From NCBI GenBank assembly GCA_963666365.2, contig CAXXNF010000001.1:1120001-1184000 (forward strand): a DNA stretch of 64,000 nucleotides, written 5' to 3'. This DNA comes from Syntrophales bacterium. GTDB lineage: Bacteria > Desulfobacterota > Syntrophia > Syntrophales > UBA2210. The notes beneath the pieces are model-generated. The model was not told the DNA's origin and made no database searches. It was given only the letters and a program-made list of their open reading frames with translations. Shown piece after piece: positions 39,101-47,700 of the stretch; within the stretch, counting starts at the first letter, position 1; every line of letters starts with the position of its first letter. The translations under genes and the position numbers were made by a program.

Positions 39101-42100
39101 ATGACGGTGAAGGGACAAGCTTCTCTTCCCCCGTTGTGGACGCGGCGGGTATGATCTATGCCTGTGGCGATGACGGTACACTATACGGGTTCAACTCCTC
39201 AGGCGATGTACTCTGGTCGCGGCCGGCGGGGAATTGTGTCGCCGCGTCTCCCGCCATCGGTGCTAACGGCATGATATACACGGTATCGGACGACGGCACG
39301 GTATGTGCCTTCGCACGGAACTACACCGAATCCGATGCCGCCCTCCTTGCAGCCCTGTTCATGAAACATTCGGAAAACAGCGAAGCTGCCCGCCAGTTCC
39401 TTCAGCTTCTTGCCGCCGCCTACGGCTTCGACCGGCTCGCAATCCCTGATGTGTCCACGGAACAGGAAGCATATGTACAGTGGATAGAAGACTTCCGATA
39501 TCATCTGGCATGCCGCCCTGCGCCCGATGGCCTGCAGGTGGTGCTTGAAAGAATTCTTCCTTCCCTGAACACCTATATACAGACGATCACCTCGGCCTAC
39601 GGCGAAGATCTCAGCGGCGGAGGAGAGGGGCCGGAACTGCTGATACAACTCACGGCCGGAACCGACAGAACGCCGACTTCCGTTGAATGGCGACTCTTTG
39701 TAAAGACTCCGACGATTGAAGAGCCGAGCCTCCTTTTTGTGGTCGATCCGGTCATGGGCGGCGTGGAAGGGGATATCGGCGCCCTCTACGGCATCGTCAA
39801 TCTCGTCTCCGTGGGGATGGGATTGTATGAGAAATATTCACAGATTACCCTGTCCCTGGAAAACCGCGACATCAACGGTGTACTCGAATACTCCCTTTCG
39901 CTCGTCGCCGAAGAGGGTACGGAGTTCCTTTCAAGCGCCATCGGCCTGGGAACACTTTTTTCCGATGCCTATATGCATTTTTACCACCGATGGCAGGCGA
40001 TCAAAAATGCCGATCCTTCGCCGGGCACCATCGTGCAGGTGGAGAAACTCAGCGACGACTTTACGGCAACAAACAGATACATCAGCCAGGTGGACGAAGG
40101 AGACCATGTGCTCATCGACGTTTCCAGCGAAGAGGTCAAGATGCTCAAGCTGGATGAAGCCGTCGCCTTCCTCGACTCCCTGGGAGAAGCCTTCGACATG
40201 TTCGGCCTGATCTGCGACAGCATGGACCTGGGAGGACTCATTTACGAGCAGGCAACCGATCCCGAGGTGCCGGTGTTTCTAAACTACAAACTCTGGGCCA
40301 CGTCCCTGCAGGTCGCCGGCGGCGTAGTGGCGCTGGCCGGGGTAACTGCGCCGATCGGTATCGGGCTCGCAGTGCTGGGGACCGGAATCGATTATTTCGG
40401 CGGCAGAATCTACGAAATCCAGGCGGATCGCGCCCAGAAAATCAACTTGCTCAACAACCTTGCCCTTACGATGGAAACGCTGATCAGCCAGCGGAATATC
40501 CTTACATCAATGGATACGGAATGGGCTGACCGTCTTGCCGCGAAGTCGCTTGAAAGCGGCGCAGCCTGCGAGCAACTGCTCAATGCCCTTGCCCCGTCGG
40601 AGACGGACACGACAGCCGCCCGGACACTTAAGGTAGGCGCCTATGCGGAAAGTTTCAAGGAATATCTGGCAGACAGAATCGATTACTACAACTACCTTGA
40701 TCAGAAGGCCGCCAATTTTAAAGGCATCGTCCAGACCGCCGTGGATTTTATAGAACTGGCCATGATCCACGCCCTCGATTACAGCGGCGTCGACAATGAA
40801 GGCGTTCCCTTTACGCTCAGGGCCCACATGTGGGGATTTGAGGTAACTCCTCTCGTAGAGTATCTCGACGATCCCGAGTACATATTTCATGCGCTTCCCC
40901 GGAACGGTACGGTGGGACGCCGTTTTATGGTTGAAGACGGCGTCCTGGTTCACGAATGGTGGGACGAGGGCCCCCTCGAGATATCGGAGGATTCCAACTG
41001 GCTGACTTTTCCTGAGGATTTGGGGCTTGATTCGGACCGGCTTTGGGAGCGGCCCGCCACCGGGAAGAAAGCCTGCCTGAACCGATGGCCCTTCTACCCC
41101 GTTTCCGAGGGAGCGGTATTCGGGGACGATGAGGAGATCATCGTCCCCGTGATCGACCGCACTCCCGGAGGAACAGACTGGGTCGCCTATTACGGCATCA
41201 CGCCCGGCGAGGGAGTGGACCCCTCAAAGGGACAGATTCATCTGGGGGGAGACGCCATGGGTAATTATTTACAAAGTCTCCTCATTGTGAACGATGAGGC
41301 GACGGGCGCCCCTCTGAAGAAATTTCATTACAAATATGTACTGGACAAAGAAACGTCCATCGCGCATGCCTTTGATCTGGATTCGTGGCGCTATTCCGAT
41401 GCCTGGGTGTCCACATTCAACGTCAAGGTTCAGGATGCCCTGGCCGGGATCCAGGCGGTGCAGGCCCACTACGAAAGCATGAAATTCATCCAGACGGCAA
41501 AAAAGGGCTACTACCGCCCCGAGATTCCGTCACTCCCTTATGAAAGAGGCTGGTATACACTGCCCTCGCCGATCACCTGGTTTCAGTGCGACCTGGATCA
41601 TCTGGAGGGAGGACCCACGACGACCGCGCTTGAAGGCTGGCAGGAAGTGTACGGGAGCGGTGTGTCCGTTCCCGTGGATATCCCCTTCGTCCGGACGGTG
41701 TATGTCTATTGGAATGCACGAAACGCCGATCCTTCGGGCGATGTGACGCTTTATTTCGGGGACGGGTCGACCTATACAGTGCATATTGAAAACAACATCA
41801 CCATCCGCCATTACAGCGCCGCCGGTTCATCGGACTGGCTGGGCGAGGGCGCAGGCGGCGGTCTTCCCTATCCGCCGCCGGCGGGCACCCATGCCGAGCC
41901 CTGCCTGATCTATCGCTATTTCGACGAGGGCCTCCCCTACTGGCATCGCATCGACCTTCTCATTATTCATATTCCCGAGGCACAGCAGGGCGGTCAGTTG
42001 AAGCGGATCGATTTCGATCCCGATGTCGGCAGCACTCTTCGTCTTTTCGATATCGCCGTCTATGCGGAAGAAACCGTTCCTGCCCTGTCATCCTATCCAC

Positions 42101-42294
42101 TGGGCGATATAAACGGAGACTGGATCTGTGACCTGGCCGACGCCGTGCAGGCACTGAAACTCTTATCACACACAAAAAGCGGAATAGAACTGTTCGCCTA
42201 TGGCAACTCGGGTGCCGATATAGACGGAGACGGCACGGTCGGATTGCCCGAGGCAACTTTCATTCTTCAATTGGCAGGAGGTATCAGGCCATAG
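36109..42294 (+). CDS. Giant secreted protein (about 2,060 aa): WTxRxSG beta-propeller repeats, carboxypeptidase-regulatory-like domain, PQQ-like propeller, unknown region, dockerin-like C-terminus
   Basis: Signal peptide; many YGNGxFVAVG..GxILxSxDGxxW repeats; SSPAIGxDGTVYVGS repeats; GDINGD...ADIDGDG tail. GGAGG RBS before ATG 36109. Confidence 0.88.
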   Translation: MTNYSGHFTIRNGSCGKSLYYRGIFLTLIISLVVFSAPLCACADDPFAPWIQVSPLEFSDVAYGNEKFLLVDRHGAIFTSPDGTAWTRQESGTSKELRGAACGPDRMVAVGASKTILLSFDGSTWRPQEQISGGPAYFSLNAVAYGNGLFVAVGETLQSGAGVALTSPDGEAWTFYSPNSSYLHDVTYSSTLGLFVAVGDSGAIVSSPDGITWTQRNSGTSHTLRGIAEGNGTFIAVGDAGTILGALDGGIDQWRQKTYSSSLPLYSVTYGSGFFIAAGYDWEWNRGLLVASADGEVWTRTETTATDGTALACITYGNGRFVAVGGEEGNILASDDGVEWSRAKKGVSGWLTSIVCGNNGTLAAVGYEGKIVVSSDELTWEDRASGTSETLLDITYGNGRFVAVGTAGIILTSPEGDQWTVRSEDVFYTLNGVTYGQDSFIAVGNGGTVVASADGRLWEERVSGVDEDLLDVVFGGGVYVAVGMLGAIYTSPDGRTWTKIESGISTTLLSITRDRGLFVAVGDGGTILTSSDGESWDQHTSGFTSTLHAVTSSGNRFVAVGDDGVMLTSADGAEWTPAAVITTPIVIFPTDEDLYGIAQSDHLIAAGRFGTILRSSRMGYSITGSILDSSILPIAGVEVNLFDMDGNRRAGAVTPESGYYRIAGVPAGEYRITFTKAGYRFDPFSTVVTVTDGNVEHLDIMGAYPYKGTAIWPTFRGENRHSGASHYGGPEGLIPLWNRDTGHDDAWHSSVPLRSSPAIDARGMIYVGSTKGILYCLDPLGRVNWRYPADDVDGGIGAIVSSPAIGTDGSVYVGSQRGLYAFRPDGTPKWCFDLAQGAIDSPPVIGPSGIVYAGSVNGHLYAVNSTGTLRWMYPAQGESGTMGAIASSPAVGDDGTIYVGSQDGFLYAVTSTGSLRWRFQTGGAVDSSPAVGSDGTVYVGSTDCNVYAINCSDGSLKWKYATGGAIIASCALGADGTVYIGSKGFYALGTDGALLWRHDGEGTSFSSPVVDAAGMIYACGDDGTLYGFNSSGDVLWSRPAGNCVAASPAIGANGMIYTVSDDGTVCAFARNYTESDAALLAALFMKHSENSEAARQFLQLLAAAYGFDRLAIPDVSTEQEAYVQWIEDFRYHLACRPAPDGLQVVLERILPSLNTYIQTITSAYGEDLSGGGEGPELLIQLTAGTDRTPTSVEWRLFVKTPTIEEPSLLFVVDPVMGGVEGDIGALYGIVNLVSVGMGLYEKYSQITLSLENRDINGVLEYSLSLVAEEGTEFLSSAIGLGTLFSDAYMHFYHRWQAIKNADPSPGTIVQVEKLSDDFTATNRYISQVDEGDHVLIDVSSEEVKMLKLDEAVAFLDSLGEAFDMFGLICDSMDLGGLIYEQATDPEVPVFLNYKLWATSLQVAGGVVALAGVTAPIGIGLAVLGTGIDYFGGRIYEIQADRAQKINLLNNLALTMETLISQRNILTSMDTEWADRLAAKSLESGAACEQLLNALAPSETDTTAARTLKVGAYAESFKEYLADRIDYYNYLDQKAANFKGIVQTAVDFIELAMIHALDYSGVDNEGVPFTLRAHMWGFEVTPLVEYLDDPEYIFHALPRNGTVGRRFMVEDGVLVHEWWDEGPLEISEDSNWLTFPEDLGLDSDRLWERPATGKKACLNRWPFYPVSEGAVFGDDEEIIVPVIDRTPGGTDWVAYYGITPGEGVDPSKGQIHLGGDAMGNYLQSLLIVNDEATGAPLKKFHYKYVLDKETSIAHAFDLDSWRYSDAWVSTFNVKVQDALAGIQAVQAHYESMKFIQTAKKGYYRPEIPSLPYERGWYTLPSPITWFQCDLDHLEGGPTTTALEGWQEVYGSGVSVPVDIPFVRTVYVYWNARNADPSGDVTLYFGDGSTYTVHIENNITIRHYSAAGSSDWLGEGAGGGLPYPPPAGTHAEPCLIYRYFDEGLPYWHRIDLLIIHIPEAQQGGQLKRIDFDPDVGSTLRLFDIAVYAEETVPALSSYPLGDINGDWICDLADAVQALKLLSHTKSGIELFAYGNSGADIDGDGTVGLPEATFILQLAGGIRP

Positions 42295-42384
42295 AGGGAC
42301 ACTTCCCTATTTTTTAGCGGCAAGCTACGTGTTTCCAGATTTATATCAATAATTTACGGCACAAAAATAGGGAAGTGTCCCTCT
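42293..42384. repeat. Palindromic element: perfect 22-bp inverted repeat around an IHF consensus
   Basis: AGAGGGACACTTCCCTATTTTT (42293-42314) / AAAAATAGGGAAGTGTCCCTCT (42363-42384); TATCAATAATTTA at 42344-42356. Confidence 0.85.
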
Positions 42385-42388
42385 GACC

Positions 42389-43087
42389 TTAATCGGGAGG
42401 AAGAAAGCGTATCGCCAGGGCGGCTCGTGCCTTGAATTCTTCCATCATTTTTTTCTGGCTTATCGAATGTTCTTCCACAGGAAACCACTCGCGGGGATTT
42501 TTGTAGAGATTATCCTCCGTGTAGATATTTTCATAATAGGTCACCATCAAGAGAGAGCGGCCATTATTGAAAATATCACTATAGGACTTGGCCAGATAAA
42601 GCCGGGACCCCTTGAGATTCAGCTTTTTAAGATATTCGTCATTGTGTAAGGAATGAAGACATATCACATATCCGTGGTCCGAGCTTTGAATGGCTTCCCG
42701 CCCCTTCTCAAGTATGCACGGGAACCGTTCAAACTGGTCCGGTTTCCAGCACACCATTTCTTCGTGCATATCAAGCATTGAAACAGCACATCCCCTCTTT
42801 ACAACTCCCTTCGGGTCTTTTTCGGCAAGCAGAAAAGTCTTGCATGACACCAGAATTCCCAGGGATGTCGAATATTCGGTCATTGCGAACGTTGAAGAAT
42901 GGGTCCCGTCGATTTCACCAAGGTATTCAAGGTTGCGATCTATTTCCATCTTGAAAAGGGGTTGATGGGGATAAATAAAAAGGGTTCCTGTTGGGGTCGG
43001 TTGAATGGCCGGTTGCGGAGTGGCGCATCCGCCGAGCAGAACGGACAATATGATGAATAAGGAAACCCACAGTGCGTTACTCTTCAT
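42389..43087 (-). CDS. Putative lipoprotein
   Basis: MKSNALWVSLFIILSVLLGG-C lipobox; AAGGAG RBS. Confidence 0.75.
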   Translation of the reverse strand: MKSNALWVSLFIILSVLLGGCATPQPAIQPTPTGTLFIYPHQPLFKMEIDRNLEYLGEIDGTHSSTFAMTEYSTSLGILVSCKTFLLAEKDPKGVVKRGCAVSMLDMHEEMVCWKPDQFERFPCILEKGREAIQSSDHGYVICLHSLHNDEYLKKLNLKGSRLYLAKSYSDIFNNGRSLLMVTYYENIYTEDNLYKNPREWFPVEEHSISQKKMMEEFKARAALAIRFLPPD

Positions 43088-43404
43088 AGCAATTTCTCCT
43101 TTCCAGCGAACTAATTCACAAAGAGCATTCAGATTGAATTTTCCAGTCAATTAGAAATGTATCGGATGTGCGGATATTCAATAGTAAAATACGATAGATT
43201 GCAATACTGAATTACTACGTACAAAATAGCGATCAAAACAGGTAGAATGGAATTGAGAAAATGAATTACGTAGGGCTAAATATTCTGAGGGTTGTGTGGT
43301 GAGGGATATTTTCTCCTTGACTTTACCTGCATGGAGGTGCATGAATCAATCACGTATCATTCCCGTAACGATTTAATATACTAGCAGTTTTGGGAGGTGT
43401 GAAT

Positions 43405-43806
43405 TTGAAAAGGCATTCTACTTTCATGCTTACGGCTGCACTGTTAGTTGTGCTTCCACTGTTATGTGTTCCACCTGCAGAGGCATTCAACGTGAATATC
43501 ACGAATGGAAGCCTGATTAACGTCTCGGTTTACATACCTGTGTACGACAGCCCGGGCTCGGATTCGCAAAGTAGTCTAATCCATGCCAATCTTGCACCAA
43601 ATGAGACCCTCACAAAAACAATGCCTACTAAGTATCATAGCTTTATAGCTGTAATCCCGCGCTTCTGCCCCAACCAATGCAACACAATATACATTTGCAC
43701 CTCGGGTCAAATTGCATCAAGCCCTGCCGATTGTTATTTTCGTCAGTTTGATATACAGGGCACTATTATTTACAATTGCATTTCCTGTACCTGTACGTTC
43801 AAATAG
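43405..43806 (+). CDS. Small secreted cysteine-rich protein (start codon uncertain, 43399 or 43405)
   Basis: GGAGGT RBS; signal peptide ending AEA; C-terminal half carries 7 Cys. Confidence 0.6.
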   Translation: MKRHSTFMLTAALLVVLPLLCVPPAEAFNVNITNGSLINVSVYIPVYDSPGSDSQSSLIHANLAPNETLTKTMPTKYHSFIAVIPRFCPNQCNTIYICTSGQIASSPADCYFRQFDIQGTIIYNCISCTCTFK

Positions 43807-43863
43807 CATTATTATACCGGCGACGTATAAAACGACGCCGCAGATGTACACGTTTCAAAAGCT

Positions 43864-44148
43864 TCAAGTGTCCCCTTTTTTCCCGCAGCAACGGTCAAGC
43901 AGGGACTTCGTTACCGAATGCTCCCGTTTCAGCAGTTTCGATCCTCTGGTGATTTTACAGAGACTGATATGATGCCTCTTGGCGATTACGCGCTGGGGGT
44001 TCCCTTCATAAAGTTCTTTCAACAGCTGCCACCGCATCGCCATATCTGACAGTTCCCTAGGGGTAAATATTTCACTGAAAAAGGTTTCCATTTCTTCCGG
44101 ATCATTGATGCGGGTAAACAACGTGATAAGCTCGCGGTAACTATCCAT
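43864..44148 (-). CDS. TrpR/YerC-family transcriptional regulator
   Basis: IFTPRELSDMAMRW...QRVIAKRHHISLCKITRGSKLLK; GGAGGGG RBS. Confidence 0.85.
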   Translation of the reverse strand: MDSYRELITLFTRINDPEEMETFFSEIFTPRELSDMAMRWQLLKELYEGNPQRVIAKRHHISLCKITRGSKLLKREHSVTKSLLDRCCGKKGDT

Positions 44149-44370
44149 GGCCCCTCCCCGTTTCTGTAAATAGAAACACATAGACGACGAAAGATAAGAT
44201 GTCAAATATATTTTATGTGCATCCCCGAAGCCACGCAACGTTACGGTGAAGGCTTTCACGCCGGAATCGCTGAAATTCATTGACCTGGCGGCGTTCTTGT
44301 AATAAACGTGGGGGAATTCGTAACGGATTTATACATACAAACCAGAAAAGGAAATGAAAGGAGGACAGCT

Positions 44371-44640
44371 ATGAACAAGGTGGATTTAATCAATGAAGTG
44401 GCACAGGTAGTGGGAACAAAGGCAAAGGCGCAGGAGGCCATTGAGTGTGTTCTTTCCTCCATTACAACGGCGCTTAAAGACGGTGAAACGGTTTCTCTTG
44501 TGGGGTTCGGAACTTTTAAGGTCGTCGATCGCGCAGCCCGGAAGGGACGAAACCCCCAAACCGGCGAAGAAATCGACATTGCTGCATCGCGGGTTCCCCG
44601 TTTTGTGGCGGGGAAAGCACTCAAGGACGCGCTGAAGTAA
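44371..44640 (+). CDS. hup: DNA-binding protein HU
   Basis: MNKVDLI...[47 protein letters not shown]. Confidence 0.96.
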   Translation: MNKVDLINEVAQVVGTKAKAQEAIECVLSSITTALKDGETVSLVGFGTFKVVDRAARKGRNPQTGEEIDIAASRVPRFVAGKALKDALK

Positions 44641-44672
44641 CTACATGCCCTTTGATTAATGTTGCTGCTTTC

Positions 44673-44704
44673 CGTGTCCGGCCCTTTTACGAGGGCCGGA
44701 CACG
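44673..44704. terminator. Hairpin between convergent genes
   Basis: Perfect 13-bp stem CGTGTCCGGCCCT/AGGGCCGGACACG. Confidence 0.65.
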
Positions 44705-44733
44705 TCAGTCATGGTTTACTATTCTCTCTCGCG

Positions 44734-47700
44734 TTATCTCAAGGCGGCAATCTTCTGAAGAATATAGACGATCTCTTCCAATCCCAGGCAGTTGTCATTA
44801 TTTACTGATGCCGTAATGAGAGTCCCTAGTAACGCACTATCCGTACACACCTTTAAAGACAGGACAGCATCTGAAAGATCAACGGCGCCGCTGTTGTCTA
44901 CATCTCCCATAATCACAAAGGTAGCAGTAACTGTCTTGTCCGAATCCATGCATATGCTGCATAATCCCGTTCCCGTGCACCCGTCACCGGACCAGCCTGA
45001 AAAAAACGCATCCATGCCGGTAATTGCCGACAGGGTAACACTCTGACCGGGAGAGTAGGTTTCGCTGCAATCGCTCCCGCCGCCGCAATCTATTTCTCCT
45101 CCCTGACTTAACACGGAACCGCTCCCTTTCCCTGCCACATGAACCGTCAACACCGGTTCGCGAAGCGTAAAGTAGGTCGGCGCGCTCCATGGCGACCACT
45201 GCCCGAAAGAGTCCTGGTACCGTACCGTCCAGCTATAGGTTGCAGGATAGTCGTTGTCGCAGGTCAGGACGCCTTCCGGCACGGTGTAGATCCAGCTGTC
45301 GGTGCCAGAAAGAATTCCCGTGTTGTGCACAATAACCTCCTGGATGGCGCCATCCACTTCCGTAATCAGACGGATGACGAACCAGCTTGCCGCAAGCGCG
45401 TCGCCGTCGGCATCAACAAAAAGGGGGCCCATAAGCTGCGGAGCCGTTGAGAATGCAACCCCTGAAGGACTTCCTCCCGAGGAATCCGGCACTGAGGGCG
45501 CCCTGTTTGCCTCGATAAGGGCGTGTGCCGATGCCCTGTTGCCTGCTCCGTCTCTCACTTCACAGAAAAGCTCATACTGTGATGGAAGGGGAAGTGGCCC
45601 TTCAAGGGACAGCCTGTGTTTACCCGAGGCAATCGTCTGCCATTCCGCCCATGTGCCGTCGGAGAATCGATAGCGCATGGAAAGAGGACCTATCGCGTCG
45701 TAGGCATCCAGATGCATGACAACCTGTGAAGAGGTGGTCACCGGAGCGCCCGCAACGCTTGTGAGATAACAACTGGTAATGACCGGCGCGGTGCGGTCCA
45801 GGATAATCGCCGCCTTGCATGCGGGCGACAGGTTTCCCGCACTGTCTTCAGCAATTCCGTAAAAACGGTAGGTTCCATCAAGGATGACATTGTTTTCACC
45901 GATGACAAAAGGCGGAATGCTGACGGAACAATCGTTCACATAGGATTCCTTGGACATTGCCTCGACAGGATCGAAGACAGTCCCCGTGACCTCCTCGTAC
46001 CATTTAATGCGGGTGATGTCGAAATTATCGGTCACCTCTATATGCAATGTTGCCTCGGGGGTCCGGGTAAAGCCCGAACCGTCTCCTATGGTGAACGCTT
46101 TAATCGCGGGAGGGTAGATATCCTTATCTACGCCGACGGCGACAATGCGCTCATTTCCCGCGCTGTCGACAACCTTTATCTCAAGCGTTCTGCAAGGGGG
46201 AGGGTCTTCGATCTTCAGGGTATCGGAATAGGGAACGTACGGTGACCACTCCCCTCCGGCAACGCGCCAGGAGATCGCCTCCAGCCCCGATTCCCCATCT
46301 GATGCGGACAGGTGCAGATAGAAGGTATGGTTCTTCGCATCGATAGAACCAATGGCAGCCGTGACCGCGGGAACTGTGGCGTCCACACAGATCGCATCGC
46401 AATAGACGCCATTTTTTGCAGTATTCGATGCATTCCGATACTCAACGCAGACCGTATGGACGCCGCTTCCGGTAAAATCAACATACTGCGTTCCCATCGG
46501 GAATAGATAGGATCCCCATTCCTCCGTGTCCAGGACGCCATCCCGGGCAATCCGTATCTCTCCTGTGCTGCTGTCCCATATCTCGAAGGAAAGGGTCGGT
46601 ACCCCCTCTCCGACTACTGTTTCGGGGGTGATTCCCCAGGTGCCGTCCGTATACTCATAGCTCAGGGAGCCATGACCGCCGTATAGTGTGTTGGCGTTAC
46701 CGGCGCTGATTTCGTAATAATTATCGCCATCGCCGGATTCGGCATAGACGAGAAGAGAATAGGTCCCCGTCGCAAGGGCGATGGGGGTCTGCAGAAAGAG
46801 GACATATCTTCCGTTATAGATTCCCATCGAGTGCCTTACTTCGTCGACAGGTGCTGACCAGTGGGCGAGTTCATACTCTTCGCAGGAAGGATCAGCGTCG
46901 TCGCGTTCTGTCACCAGCTTTACGTGGAGGGATCCCGGGGCCCCCACGATATTAAAAATATTGAGTTTGATGACATTGAAGGATAGCGCCTCTGACAGAT
47001 CTATCTCCTGGGCACGGTAGAGGATGCCTTCCGAACCGCCCAGAACCAGGACATCCCCATAGGTATTTTCTACATACCGCAGGTTTCCGTCCGGAGGGGT
47101 AATATGTAGTTCAAGGGGAATCTGCGACGGGCTGTTGACATATGTGGCGCCCCGATTAAGCACAACGGCGCCGGTGGTATCTACCGATATAGAATCGCTT
47201 CCGGTCCCACGGTTGCCGGAAAGATCGGTGACCCTGGCATAGACTGTCTTGGCGCCCATATATACGTCATTTTCCAAGATCTTCCAGGAGGGGATGGTCA
47301 CGAATGTCCCCGTAAAGTATACGGGGTCACTCCAGTCCGCCTGATCGTTTGAAAGCTCGACGGCGAGACGGCCGGTCTCCGAATTATTTACAGTGATCTC
47401 CACATCAACGCGCTTGCATCCGGTGCTTTCTGCAGACCCGCTTGTCGGATCTTTAAGGACCACAGCTATGGAAGGCGCCGTCGTGTCTTTAACAAATTCG
47501 ATGGCTTCACTGGAGGCGACATTTCCTGCCCGGTCCTTCACATCCACCACCAGACTGTAGGCGCCGTCGGCAAGAGCGGCTACATCAGCCACAGCCGCGG
47601 CCATGTCTTCAGAATCGCCATGCTGAAAGGATACCCACGTACCGGATCCGACCTTAGTAATTCCCGAATAGATCCGGTAATTGTAAGATGCGGTAGCCCG

